Shown: positions 13,560 through 25,899, numbered from the whole stretch's first letter. The stretch: 63,898 bases of DNA, filler included, from Psammoneis japonica (GCA_008632985.1; 3 parts of 3 records of this genome joined end to end with filler, not necessarily neighbours in it), one strand, 5' to 3'. Notes: generated by a model not told the origin, from the letters alone. Program-made: numbers and translations.

Positions 13560-14198
13560 TTGCATCTTTTTTCCCAAAGGCCGTGGCCGTTCCACCTGAC
13601 TGAATGCCTAGAGACATTGAAAAAAGTTTGCAGTCGCTTAAGGTATATCACTATCGGGATCTCGAAAGATAAGCTTGGTGCCGCCTACGAATCCCAGAAT
13701 GTTAAACAAGACGATGGACTCGCATTTTGTGAGACGGTCAATGTTCTCGAACTTGATCTTTCCCCAGCCGACGCCATAGCCAGCGCCAAGTACAGCCCCC
13801 TTTGTGTTGCCCTTAAGGTGGTAAACCTTTCCTTTGTAGTTGAACTTGATGGAGACCCCTGACCCAACTTCCAACTTGGCCTTGACTTTGTGGCGTTTGG
13901 ATTTCCACCACTTGAATTTCTTGCCTCCACGGGGAATTGCTGCTACTACTGCCGCCGCATCTGTGTGATCAAAGGACTTGAAACTAAATGCATGGATGTT
14001 TTGACGTTTGAAGAATGCGGCTTGCGACATGGACACGCCGGCAAGCACCAAGAGCGAAATCTGCACAGATACGTTCGAGCAGCAAGATGAGAGGTTCTCT
14101 CCAACTCTCATACAGTTCATCAGATTCTTGAAACTTGGAACACTTGCTCGCAAAAGAGAGATCACACGCACGGTGGTCGTTGTAGGCGTGCTTATCAT
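13560..14198 (-). pseudogene. Secreted protein with a VapA/VapB-like beta-barrel, probably pseudogenised
   Basis: Hydrophobic leader ISLLVLAGVSMSQAAF (probable intron after MISTPTTTT) and a diatom-type AIPRGG motif. LKGNTKGAVLGAGYGVGWGKIKFENIDRL...LIFRD resembles the Vap Gly-rich strands. Stop at 13638 followed by a frameshift. Confidence 0.4.
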
Positions 14199-14564
14199 GA
14201 ATCTTTCGACAAAGCTAGAGAATAGGCTTCTCGGATAATGATGCTTTTGCCAAGGGGTTCACTCTTCATAGCGGAGCTAGATCAGAATCGGGAGCTATTT
14301 GATCCCGAGTCGGAGTTGCACCTGAAGTAGCGCTATCTTTGGAAGGTGATAGCTCTAGAAAATGCATGGGTAGGACCAAAAGACGGGATTCAGTAGTGCC
14401 TGCTTCCAGTGCCGGTATTTAGGTGGCGCGCCCAAACAAAATAACACGGTGTTTCCTCGTGAACACTTGTTTTCGTATGGGAGGAAAGAGTGCTATTCAT
14501 AAGCCGCGCCTGCATAGTTGCACCTAACAAATACTGTTGCGAAAAGAGCGTGCGTAAAATAATA

Positions 14565-15130
14565 TGCCTTATTGTTTACTGTATGAATGACAAGGTAACT
14601 TTGAATCGGAGCCGAAGCGTCCATGACTTCAAACCTCATCGCTCAAAAGTGGCTGACGCCAGTTATACCCCTATTCCCTTATTCTAATCACCATTCGAAA
14701 TCCAGCCCATGTCTCTAAAGACCAGAGCCACCTTTTCGGGAAGGAGTCATGCCAAACGAAAACGCATCTTCATTGACAACAGACATGAGGCTCTCACGCT
14801 AATTCTCGTCAATGGCACAAAAGTACTCGTCAACAATCTTGACATCTAAGATATAGTGAATGCGCTTTATTGTTTACTATAGATGATAAGATAACTATGA
14901 ATTAGATCCGAAGTGTCCTTGACTTCAAACCTCATCGCTCGAGAGCGGCTAAAGCTCTACCCACATCCCCATTCCCCTACTCTAACAACCTTTCGACAAC
15001 CAGCCCATGTTTCTAGAGACCAGAGCCAAAGTTGAAGTGCTGAAAAGGGTCGTCGCGCTACGTTGGCATCAGGCATGAGGCTCTCAGACTCATTTTCGTC
15101 AATTGCACCGAAGCGCTTGGCAAGACGCTC
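14565..15130. repeat. Diverged tandem duplication, ~295-bp period
   Basis: TTATTGTTTACT...GACTTCAAACCTCATCGCTC...CAGCCCATGT...GACCAGAGCCA occurs at ~14568-14730 and ~14866-15028. Confidence 0.8.
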
Positions 15131-15494
15131 GAACTCTTCCATGGCAATCTTGTATCTTGTGCCGAGTCGCTCTCCAGCAGCAAGGATGCTTTCCAAGGCT
15201 CTCATCACCTTGAGAATTTCAACGTCATTGACTTCTTGTACAGAGCAAATGGCTTCCAGGGCACGCTGAATTAACCCCGCTCCCGGTGTGCATCGCGCAC
15301 GATGCACACGGGAAATTCAGAAAATCGCCCAAAATCGCTGACGTGCATCGTGGGCGATGCACGTGACGTCTTTTTTTGCACTACTTTATCGCTAAAACTT
15401 GTCTCTTCAAGAGCCTCCGTTAATAAATATCAACACGTCCTCGTCTTCTACTACGCTTGACGTGCTTTATGTTGTTTTTCTAGGGTTTGATTGG

Positions 15495-15617
15495 CTCAGC
15501 TCGTCCTCCAATAATTGTTTCATTGACTACCACTCGGAAAGTACGCGACAACAACACGATAACAAGGCGCGAAAACTTCCGACCGCGTTGTACTGTCTAG
15601 AAACATTTCCGGGTTAG
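15495..15617 (+). repeat. Dispersed repeat (TpA-retaining copy) homologous to 42408-42527
   Basis: TTGACTACCACTCGGAAAGTACGCGAC...GGCGCGAAAACTTCCGACC here, versus TTGACTGCCACTCAGAAAGCATGCAAC...GGCGCAAAACTTTCTGACC at ~42437. Confidence 0.7.
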
Positions 15618-16184
15618 GGAAGCAAATCCGGGTAATTATGGCGATTTCACACGTAGAAAAGACGTAGAAACCTACTTAGTGCATCGCCCAAAGTGCACAC
15701 GCGTAGAAGCTACGCAAGTTTTACCGCCATAAACACCCAATGTTTGCATGTCAGCTTCGATAAGAACGGTTGAACTTGGCGCATGCCCTCACCCCACTTC
15801 TGGATTCGATGGTGTGCGATGCCGATCTCATCTGGGACTGGGCCAAGGACCGCCTTGCCAAGAACCACTGAGAAGCAACTCGGCATTAGAGCGCTTGGAA
15901 GTCTCATAGAGCAGAGTTTTTGGCAACACTCTACTCCGCACTGGGGGGGGGGGGTGGGTGAACCCACACCCTCCGCAGGGTCTCGAGTGAAACTCGAGGG
16001 CTCGAGGTTTGGTTCATCGGACCACACTCCGGGCGCTTCCGAACAAACCTGGTGGGGGGCACCTTCGGCATTGCGCGACGTCGGCACCCCAAACTGAGGG
16101 ATTCTCGAACTCGGAATAGAAGAGGACGCCAGACACCATTTGTTTGCCTTCGCAGTTGGGCGTCATTGCGGACATGCTGGGACC

Positions 16185-16975
16185 GACGCGCTCCAGCTCC
16201 AGGTGGGACCTCGCACTGCTGCACTGTGACATCAATGGTTTTTTGGATCGCGTCGTGTGTCGCGCACATGCATTTCTACGTGCAAAATTCTACGAAATTG
16301 TTTCACACTTCCTGTTTTGCGAAGCCAACGTGTTCCAGGTCCAGGTGGGACCTCGCACTGCTGAACTGTGACATCGACAGTTTTTTGAGTCTCGTCGTAT
16401 GTCGCGCACATAGATTTCTACGTGATTTTTTCGACATTTTGTGTCATTTTACGGTGCACTCATTGAGCGATCCATCCAACAACTTTTGACATTTTTTGTT
16501 GCAGCGCGATTCTATGATGTCTTAAGAATCGCGCAGGGCAGGCGAAGTTGCAAAAACGTCAAGTGGTGAGAGGCATAATTGCACCACAAACTTGGGCATT
16601 TATTTGATGTTGAAGACAAATGCATCCATTGATTAAATTCTCGCACTACGGAGCTCGCACGCAGAATTCTGCGGGCCCAATGTCACACGGAGTCCCACCC
16701 AGGGCTGGAACGCGTCAGCCAAAGGCTTTCCATTTTCAACATTTGTGAGAATGACAATGCGCTGGGTGCATTCTTTAATGTCTGAAGAACACACCCGGGC
16801 AAACTGTCAATGATGTGCTCCAAGTGTGAAGGAAGAGATGCGTTCGTAAAATTGCCTCTTTTTCTGTTGGTGATCACTCACATTTTCATTGCAGCACAAA
16901 TTTGCTACGGAGCTCGCACGCAGAATTCTGCGGGCCCAATGTCACACGGAGTCCCACCCAGGACTGGAACCCGTC
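16185..16975 (+). mobile_element. MITE family 1, subfamily A, TSD GACC; contains a nested copy
   Basis: Ends GACGCGCTCCAGCTCCAGGTGGGAC and GTCCCACCCAGGACTGGAACCCGTC. The empty site is visible in the paralogous repeat at ~17670. Confidence 0.9.
16327..16716 (+). mobile_element. MITE family 1, subfamily B, nested in a subfamily A copy, TSD AGCC
   Basis: Same TIRs; AGCC at 16323-16326 and 16717-16720. Confidence 0.9.
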
Positions 16976-17829
16976 GACCGAAAGAAACCGATCTAGACTT
17001 CATCGATGGACTCCCGCGGTCTGATTGACAAAGGTGAGCACAAATCCAGGGAGTGGTGGGTGGGCAGCAAAAATGGCTTTTCCAATGCTTTGGCATGGTC
17101 CAGTCACGTTGATCAGGGTTCCTGTCTCAACAAAGATGGAAAAGTGAGAAACAGGATGCCGGCAAGTTTGACCGGTCACAGAAACCGGTCATCTTGGCCC
17201 AGAGGCACCCTCCTCTGGGAGAGGCACATGTCGATGGTCTGACCAGATGAGAGGTCTTGCTTCGCACGGTTCGTCTCCATCCAAACTTGGGTGCGAAGAG
17301 GATTCGATGGTGTGCGATGCCGATCTCATCTGGGACTGGGCCAAGGACTGCCTTGCCAAGAACCACTGAGAAGCAACTCGGCATTAGAGCACTTGGAAGT
17401 CTCGTGGAGCAGAGTTTTCGGCAACACTCTGCTCCGTGCCAGGGGGGTTGGGCAAACCCATGCCCTCCACAGGGTCTCGAGCAAAACTCGAGGGCTCGAG
17501 GATTGGTTCATCGGACCATGCTCCGGGCGCTTCCGAACGAACCTGGTGGGGGGCACCTTCGGCATTGCGTGACGTCAGTGCCCCGAACCAAGGGATTCTC
17601 GAACTCGGAATGGAAGAGGACGCCAGACGCCATTTGTTTGCCTTCGTAGTTGGGCGTTGTCGCGGACATGGGACCGAAAGAAACCGATCTAGACTTTGGC
17701 GATAGACTCCCGCGGTCTGATCGACAAAGGTGAGCACAAATCCCCCCCGATGAGAACTCCCAGGCAGTGGCCACCCGCAGAGACTAGCTCGCACCAAACA
17801 CACCCTGAGGGTGTGATCGAGCCGGTCTT

Positions 17830-19700
17830 ACATTTCCTGAGTGCATCTCAAGAAGCAAGGGAGGAGGAGAGAGATGTCTGCGCAGTGTTGCCTCATCTTA
17901 TGAGACGGCCTCATCCCTCCAGCTCGATCCTTCTTTTTCCACCGATTCACCACGTCAATGTCGTCCTCCGACACATTTCGAGTGATGGCTCTAGAGACGT
18001 GTTCCAGCTCTAGGTGGGACCTCGCACTGCTGAACTGTGACATAATTATTTTTTATCATCCGTCGCATGTTTCGCACGTGCATTTCTACGTGTTCCATTA
18101 TAAAAAATTGTTCCACACTGCCTGTTTTGCGAAGCCAAAGGCTTTCTGTCATCTGCACTTGTGTCAATAAAAATGCGCTGGGTGCATTCTTTAATGTCTA
18201 AAGAACACACCCGGGCATGCTGCAAAGAATGTACTTCAAGTGTGGAGGAGGAGATACGTTCGCAAAATTGCCTCTTTTTCTGTTGGCGATCATTCATACA
18301 TCCATTGCTTGACAATTTTACTACGGAGCTCGCACGTAGAATTCTACGGGCCCAATGTCACAAAAAGTCCCACCTGGGACTGGAACCCGTCTAGAATCCG
18401 ACCCGCGCCGGAAAGACCTGCTGACATCGTGCTTGTCCTCAATGTCCGAATGAGAGGTGATGTCTGCCCCAAAGAGGGACGGGTGGTCGTCAAAAAGCTC
18501 TGAGAGGGAGAGGTGAAAAAGCACATTTGGGTCATGAGAGGACAAGACCTTTCCACTGTCATCCGACATGGCTGGTCCTCGAGTGCGACCCCTTGAAGCT
18601 TGAAAGGTCACAACTGCCTGGACCCACTGTTGAAGGCGAACACCTGATCCCGCGACGTTTGCACTCGGAAGCAGGTGTTGGCACTCCCCGTGTTCTCCCT
18701 TCACTCGACCGAGAAGCGGGATCACCACGTGGGATTGATGGAGAGGCAGGTGTTCCCGCATGGTGCCCAGATCCATGAGCAAGCCTTCGGGCCCACGGAG
18801 GGACAACGTGAAACTTGCCGCGAAGTGCAGGCCGCCAGTCAAGTGCCTGAGGCAATCCCCGGCTGCGGTGGCCCGGTTGAACTTTTCTTCGATCCTGGGC
18901 AGAAGGTGTTGCATGATCTGCGCCGAGATGGCCCTGTCTGGTCTCCAATCTTGCCCCATGCGCCTTTTGCAACCTGTCACAAACCTTTGGAACCAGAGGG
19001 AAGCGCAAGGGTCCTTGCAAATGCGGAGATGTTGTTTGCCCTCAAGGTCGGCAAGAGCCAAGGCTCGCGAGTTTGCAGAAGCCGAAGATCTCACCTGATT
19101 CGAGTGGGCAGTGCGCAACTTCCTGACAGTGTCGAACTGGGTGCACGCGTCAGAGCAGCGGCCCGGGGACGTCGAGGCCAAGACCATCTGCATCGCCGCC
19201 TCATGTCCACAATGATCAAAAGACGGCAGAGGTCCTGGCTCCAAGTGAGGTCCTTGGAGTCCTGAACGCTCTGAGAGAACCAAACCCCGGGTGACTTTGG
19301 ATGCATTGTTCTCTGCCGTGGAGGTCTCTCCACTCCAGAAGGCGTCCAGGTTCACCCGCCTGATGCAAGCCAACGCCACCTCGTTGCGTGGTGAGGTGGG
19401 GAAGGGGTCTCTCTGGCACAGCTTGTGGAAGATGCACCCATCGCACTCGAAAGCCACCATCAGATGGTCCCCGGTTCGCGCGCGTGTGAACTTGTCCTTG
19501 TCCTGTGGCTTCCAAAACCAGGTGTTGTCCTCGATCCGAGCGGCGTCCTCACCGGGAAGGTCCTCGTCGTTGTTTCATTGGTCGAGGTGGAGGATCCCCC
19601 CCAGGTGGAACATCACGTTTTTGCTTGAAGTGTGGCACCCGGGACACCACGCCTTTCGGCACGCGGGCCAGCCCCCGACACTGTGAACAAAATTTGCGCA
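17830..19700 (-). pseudogene. Tyrosine recombinase of the YR retrotransposon, split by a MITE
   Basis: LSLRGPEGL (box I R-x-x-E), IPLLGRVKGE, and SRSFRRGSDSR|AITRNVSEDDIDVVNRW (box II) once MITE 17996-18391 is removed. Upstream CRKAWCPGC and FECDGC Cys motifs. Confidence 0.85.
17996..18391 (+). mobile_element. MITE family 1, subfamily A, TSD TAGA, inserted in the recombinase gene
   Basis: TIRs present; removal restores GSDSRAI. This copy retains many TpA. Confidence 0.92.
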
Positions 19701-21869
19701 GAAGATCCCCTTCGTCCACTTCAGGGTCCTCCCACACTCTCCGCAGCGCCCGGTCCATTGAGCACATTTTTGGGGTGCCCCGGAGTTGCCACGGACTGCG
19801 CAGAACAAACGGAAAAACAAGGCCCACGAGCAAAGGTTCGAACATCTCATCGGGCCAGAAAGGCCCGGCCCCGGACGGAACTCGAAACACCAAGTCGGCT
19901 GCCTTGTGCAGTTGTTTGTGCCATTCAGGAGTCATCAGGCGGGGACACACGAAGACATGGAAAGAAGTCTGACGCTTGAGTCGGGCAATCCGCAGCTCCT
20001 CGAGTGCGTTCCTTGCTGCAGCCGGGGGCGGAGCCCAGACCCAGGTGCCAGAACAAAAGGTCGGCATTTCAACTGCTTCGTGGGGTGGGCAAAGCCACCC
20101 AGATGTGTCATGCCCCTTCTGATGCCAATCAAGCGGGGAGAGCAGATCGGCCGCAGGAGATCCGGCCCAAGACTGAATCCACCCCAGGAGAGGAGGAGCT
20201 CGGTCAGTTGCCGGCAGGTGCAGAGGGACAAACGAGAGCATCTTAGCTCCATTCACAATGCCTTCCGAGAGGACCCCTCCAGAAACTCCGTCCGCACCCT
20301 GGGCCATCATGCGACTCCCCGAAACATGGATCAAGTGAAACACAAACCCATGCTTGGCCTCCAGGACTCTGAGCCGTGCCACTTGTTCCAGGAGTTAAGG
20401 GTTGGAAGAAGTTCCCTTGTAGACGGTGATTTCCGAAACAGAGTTGTCCGTGAAGAAATGCAAAACAGCACGGTCGAGTTCTCCCGCCTCGGCCAGCTCC
20501 TGGATGGAGTCCACTGTGTTGGTTAGTTCCTTCCAGTTTGACGAGTTCGATTGGTCATCATCGCCCCAAACACCAATCCCAAACACTGTCACCCCGTCCT
20601 TCGTTTCTGCCGAGGATCTGAGTCCCTTTCCAGATGCGTCCACAAACCCACACAAGACCACCACGACCTTAGAGGACCTGATTACCCTGGTGGTTGGTTT
20701 CTCAGGCTCCAGGATCCGCTGCAGAGCATTCAGATCCAACCGGAGTCGCGGACCGCGCGAACAGACTCGGGGTGCCTCGCGTCGTGCTGGATCCACACTG
20801 CATGTTCTTTGTTGGACACAGCCCATCCATCGGGATGACGGTTAGGGTGCCACCCATCCAAGGTCAAGTGAATTCCTTTGAGGAACGGGGCAATGAAAGG
20901 GCAGGTCATGGCCGCGTGCACTGAGTGTCCTCGTTTCCTTTCCAGATCCTTGAAATTGAACAGTGGGAGGGAGGAGGCAGGCAAGCCGTCGTAGAAGCTC
21001 AACAGGTCTGCGATCATCGTCTCACTCTTGTCCCACTTTGCTTGAGACAGGGATTGGGTGACGTCTCCCTCTGTCACCCGAAAGATCGCCCCGTCCCAGG
21101 CCCCGGTTTCGCGCTGAGATGGCGGGCGCACCTTCCGGGCCGCATTTTGGAGGCCAAGGCACTGGAGTCTCGATGCCATTTGATGACCCACTTGCCAAGC
21201 CTCTTCTTCGCTCGATCCCATGCCCCGCAAATCATTGATGAAAGTCTTGATGTCGCATGCGATGACCTCTTGACAGGAGTTCCACTTGGTCACCAGCGGG
21301 CTCTTCACATTGCAATCGGGGTCACCCGGCAGGTTCAACAGGACCTTGTCAAAGCCCATCGGGTTCCCCGACCGTCTCGGGTCCCCCCGGGCCACCTCGT
21401 CAGCCCAGTGGTGCGCACACACGGCCAGGTGAGGACTGGGTTTCATGCCCATGAAGAGGCGGTTCCACCTCTCCAGGCCCACAGGGGCCTGACCTGCCAA
21501 AGGTCTCGGCAAGTGGCCCCGCAGCAGGGTCAGGTCGATCCCGGCACAAGGCCGAATGCGGGGGTCCATGAAAAAGTTAAGAAACACATCGGCCAAATCC
21601 AAGTCAACAGAGAAGGTGGATGGGGTCATGCAGCCAAGTGCTGAGGATGCAGTCGGGAGGAAAAATGAAGGAGCCCACAGAGCGTCGTTGAGTCCCGACA
21701 AGGTCCCATTGTAGACCGTGCGAATGTCTTCCACGACCTCCTCCACTCCTCCATCGCCCCTCAGTTGCAGAGACACCGCCTCAGGGACCCAAAAGCAGTC
21801 GGTGAGGCTGGACACAGGCCCCGCCTCGATGCAACCGTGATCCCAGACCTTCTGGAGTTTTGTCGCCAT
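19700..21869 (-). pseudogene. Reverse transcriptase and RNase H of the YR retrotransposon (frameshifted)
   Basis: RT: DIRTVYNGT-SGLND, VDLDLADVFLNF, MGMKPSP, TFINDLR (YxDD site). RNase H: GFVDASGKG, SSNWKEL, FFTDNSV, LIHVSGSRMMAQGADGVS. Confidence 0.85.
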
Positions 21870-22208
21870 CCGCTGGATCTCATTGGACGTGCCGCGGATG
21901 CGTTGCCGCCGTCTGTTCCGCGGGAGGGTGGTCTGGACAAAGATCGGAATGCCGTCGTGTGGGCCCCATCCCGCTGCTCAGGAGAGGGCCAGTGCCAGAA
22001 GAAAAGTGAGGACCCCGGGTCCCAACTCCATCAATCAAGACCTCTGTTCCCAAGTTGGCGTCCAACAACAGGGAGGGAAGTGGTGGGTCCCGGTGCAAAC
22101 CCCCCTGCAGACTCGCAACAGAGTCCCCAAACCGTCGCCGAAGTTGTGCAAGATGGACCATCCACCCTGGACCACAACCCCGACGCAGGAAACTCAAGAG
22201 CGACCGCG

Positions 22209-23276
22209 TCAAGCGCCGCCGCCACCACCGGTGAGCCAACCCGCGCAGGGCCGGGAGCACCGGCTCGAACATGGGAAACAAAAGAGTGACACGCTTGTCC
22301 CAAAGGCGACAGAGTCCCCTTTTGCAGCCTTGGCAGCAATCAGAGACAAGTCGATCCAATCATGGGACAAATGCCGACCCAGTTGCGGCAGCCATGTGGC
22401 CCAAGGACCAGAAACCGGAAGCTCAGGAGACCGTGCAGCCGGGGGTGGCTCCGGCGGCAACCGGGAGCTGGAGCGTTGTAGGATGAAACCATCCGTCACC
22501 GTGTGGAGAAGATTTGAGGGAACCAGCTGAGTGAGGGCGTCCCCCCCCAACTGGTCCCGAACAGCTTGAGTGCGAAACCCAATGGGCAAATCCCACCCTG
22601 CGAGGAGTTCATCTCCCGTGAGAGTGTGGAGAATCCACCCCGTGGGTGAGCGATGGGACTGGCAAAGAACCCTCCGCCCCAAATGGTGGGGGTGCAACAA
22701 ATCGCACTCACGGTGCACACTCTCCCCAGGGTCTGGGGGACTAACCTGCCCCGCGCATTTGTGGTCAATGATGTGACCGATGGTCCGCTGCAGCCCATGA
22801 TCAAGATGTGGCAACTCGTCACCGATGCAGAAGAACGCAGTCCGGAAGGAAGTGACGCCTCCAACCCCCGAATGGGAAATGGCCGAATGAGGGAGGTGCT
22901 GGAGCCCCTTCAAAGCTCGTCTCGAAGCTCCCCCGACCGGGACCATGTGCGTTGGGCACGTGGTCCCCACCCGAGAAACTCTCTCCAAAACACCGGGAGG
23001 CCCCAAAACCAGGGCCAAATCTGAGCTCTCAAATGCATGAGACACCCCGGAGAATGGGATGCGCTGAAGCGATGCGCCCTCTTGCGACTCAAAAAGGGTG
23101 ACAAGCACCAAGTCCAAGGGTGATGGGACAGGATCAATCGAGCAAAGGACAACTCGAGGCCACTCGGAACAGCGGAGGGCCAAGAGCCAAATGGGGGGGG
23201 GGCCCAGAGATGACCAAACATGTCCCACGAAAGGCAAAGATTTTGCAACCGCGAATGGCATGCCCTGCATTCTCAT
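22209..23276 (-). pseudogene. Putative degenerate C5 cytosine DNA methyltransferase-like domain carried by the YR element
   Basis: DLALVLGPP (motif IV-like, no catalytic Cys), ISHSGVGGVTSFRTAFFCIG (motif VIII-like), LTGDELLAGWDLPIGF (motif IX-like) and LTQLVPSNLL (motif X-like), in canonical order. Confidence 0.45.
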
Positions 23277-23304
23277 TCACCTGTGGTTCGCCCCCCGCCT
23301 GGCT

Positions 23305-25087
23305 TCATTTCTTTGCCTCTAGGGCCTTCAGACGACGGTTCACCTCTTTCAACTCCGTTTTTAACTTGCTCACCTCTTGGTGTGCTGCATCGGCTCGCGC
23401 CTGCGCTGACTTCGCTTCCGTGCCCGCATTCTTGGCCTTGTCGGTTGGGGTTACAACCGTGGCCTGCAAGGCTGTCACCACTTCAAAACCCGAATTGGTG
23501 GCGAGAAACTTAACATGCTCCGACGCCATTGAGGGGTGGTCCTTAAAATTGTGCGCCGTGTGTTCACCCATCACGTCCTGGGACCTGAAAACTGCCCAAA
23601 GAATTTGACTGCACACCGCATCGGGGTCGGTCCCTGCGATCGAAGTGAAAAACCCCCGATCGAACCTGGTTGAGGTCGTCGAAGATGCGGTGCACCAGTT
23701 TTGACGTTAAGGACCAAGCCTGTTTCTGAGAAAATTTGCTCAACTGAACAAGATTTTCGCAGGTCTCGTCCATAAACTGCATCAGGGCCCGCACGAACGC
23801 CACGGACTTCAACAGAGCGTCTCGAACAACCTGGCTCTCAAAGGAACCACTCGGGATCCTCTGGGAAATGTCATTCAAAGCATTGCGTTTGATCGTGACG
23901 ATCCTTTACATGATGAAATGTTTTGCACCAGTGGAACCCGTCGTCCAATGGTCATGGGTTGACACCTTGTCCAGGAACAAGGGATGTGGCCCAGGTGACT
24001 GAGCTCCTTTCGCTGATCCCGAGTCGAGAATCCTCGGCATGCTGCATTGGAAACTGGCAAGTGTCCGTGCATCCTCTTCCGTGCTGATTTTCAAGTCCAT
24101 CCGTTTGGACAATCCAGCAAGGAAGTGATGCAGGGCGGCCGGCTCGGTGCCCGCAATTTGGTCCAACAACAAGTTAGTGTCCGTGAGGCACCCATGCGCT
24201 CTGGAGGAAAAATGCTGAACCATCCAGGCTTCGCATTCTGCGAATGAAGAAACGCCTGCACCCGAGAATTTGATGGCTGAAGATTCCGATTTTGATTTTA
24301 GCTCATTGACCGCCTGGCTGAGGTCTCGGATTTGACGATCGAGTGTCGCAAGAGGCGCGACTCCCGCTCCACTGGCCCCGCTGCCCAAGCTGGCGACTCC
24401 TCCACCCGATGCAGCGACGTTCTCCAATCTCTGTACTTTCGCCACTGGTTGGTTGCAGACTCTTGGGGTCCCCGCCCTCAGAGACTCTAGGTCGTGTTCA
24501 GGAGCAAACCCGGAGAGCTGGGTCTGGACCCTCTGCAGAGCTGCATTGAAACTTGACGCCAATCTGTTGGAACCGGCCCGAGCACTGCTTTCCAAGCGGG
24601 CCAACTCCGTAGAGAAATCCCGGGATTGGAGTGCTCCCGGACTGAGTGTCGACAGGTTGGCGAGCGTCCCCCAGATGGTCGGGGCTTCCACTTGCTGGTC
24701 GAGCTCAGACAGAGGGGTGCCAAGAGAGGCATCGAGCTGTTCCAATTTCTGACTCAACACATCAAGTGCCAAGTCCGAGTCCTTGAACCGAGAGCAGGCT
24801 TTGTTCCCCAACTCGACTAGAACTTGTCCCGTTTCCGACAAGTTTCGCTTGACCGACTGAACCACACGAGCTGGGGCCGCAGGACTCTTGTTTGCAGCAA
24901 GAAATTGGGACGGGGTGGTGGTGATGGCCCGCTGGCAAGGCTCGAACTGCCCAAACTGTGCCCCCGGGAACATGTCGCTCCCATGACACTTGGTTTTAGC
25001 TGGGGTTTTGCAGGCCGCAGCCTCTTTGTGCTGCTTTCAGGGACTCGCCAAACTGGTCCTCCATCGGGAACCACGACTCACTGTTTC
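23305..25087 (-). pseudogene. Gag-like ORF1 of the YR element (frameshifted, coiled-coil rich)
   Basis: Consecutive ORFs 23906-24973, 23564-23878 and 23305-23616 upstream of pol; C-terminal coiled coil. Confidence 0.6.
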
Positions 25088-25187
25088 NNNNNNNNNNNNN
25101 NNNNNNNNNNNNNNNNNNNNNNNNNNNNNNNTTAATTAATTAANNNNNNNNNNNNNNNNNNNNNNNNNNNNNNNNNNNNNNNNNNNN
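25088..25187. other. Assembly gap with artificial TTAATTAATTAA spacer
   Basis: N-run, TTAATTAATTAA (25132-25143), N-run. Confidence 0.95.
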
Positions 25188-25899
25188 CTTGCATGGAAAA
25201 CAGCAAACTGCCAAAACAAGTTGCTGCTGTGTGCTTCATCGCTGTCGTGCACACACCAACAACTGTTGTTCGCTGCTGCTGCTGCTGCTGCTTCCACACC
25301 ACAATGAAAAGGACTCCTTTTTTAAAAGCAAAAATGCAGTGTCTTAAAAAAGCACCTGTCAAGGTGATGTGTGTCACAGGCAACCACCAGCCATTTTGCA
25401 AAGTTCTCGCTCAAGAGTTTCAAGGTCAACAGGACCATTGTGTTGCCAAGAGTTGCAGCTGACGCCGCAACCCCCGCTGATGCCCCCCTCCTTTGTGTGT
25501 GTGATGTTTTTGTTTGATTTCTCAAATGGAGAGAAAATTGCAAGTCAACATGAGTGGCTGGACTTGCAGCAAAACAATGTTCAAACAACTCTTGGCTGGC
25601 TTTTTTAAAACTGCTCTTGTTGGACAAAGAGGGCAGTTTCATTTGATCCCAATGTGCAGGAGCATTGATGTCAGAGGAGTGATTCTACACACAAAAGAGC
25701 AGCAAAGAGCAAAGTCACTGCAGTGTTGTGCAACAGTGATTTTGCGCATTGCCAAAAATTTGTTGTGCACAGCATTGTTTCTCAACAAGAATGTGAGAAT
25801 GTCTGCTCAAGAGTTGTTTTGCACATTGTTTGTAACACAGCACACCACATTGCATCCTTTGTCAATCCTCCCACACCCCAGACACAAAAGAAAGCTGTG

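Larger units (their letters stand above)
15802..17743 (-). repeat. 3' split direct repeats of the YR element: B1 (17300-17743), putative A2 (17048-17299), B2 (15802-17047, MITE-interrupted)
   Basis: Both copies run GGATTCGATGGTGTGCGATGCC...GGTGAGCACAAATCC. Confidence 0.8.
15802..25087 (-). mobile_element. Tyrosine-recombinase retrotransposon (DIRS order, Ngaro-like split direct repeats), degenerate, 5' end lost in the gap
   Basis: Domain order is gag-like, extra ORF, RT, RNase H, Zn-finger/tyrosine recombinase. Downstream are two ~445-bp direct repeats (17300-17743, and 15802-17047 after removing MITEs) separated by ~250 bp. Confidence 0.85.

Noticed and set aside
25132..25143. TTAATTAATTAA motifs (also at 49406-49417)
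   Set aside because: Artificial contig spacer between N runs. Adjacency across the gaps is not guaranteed.
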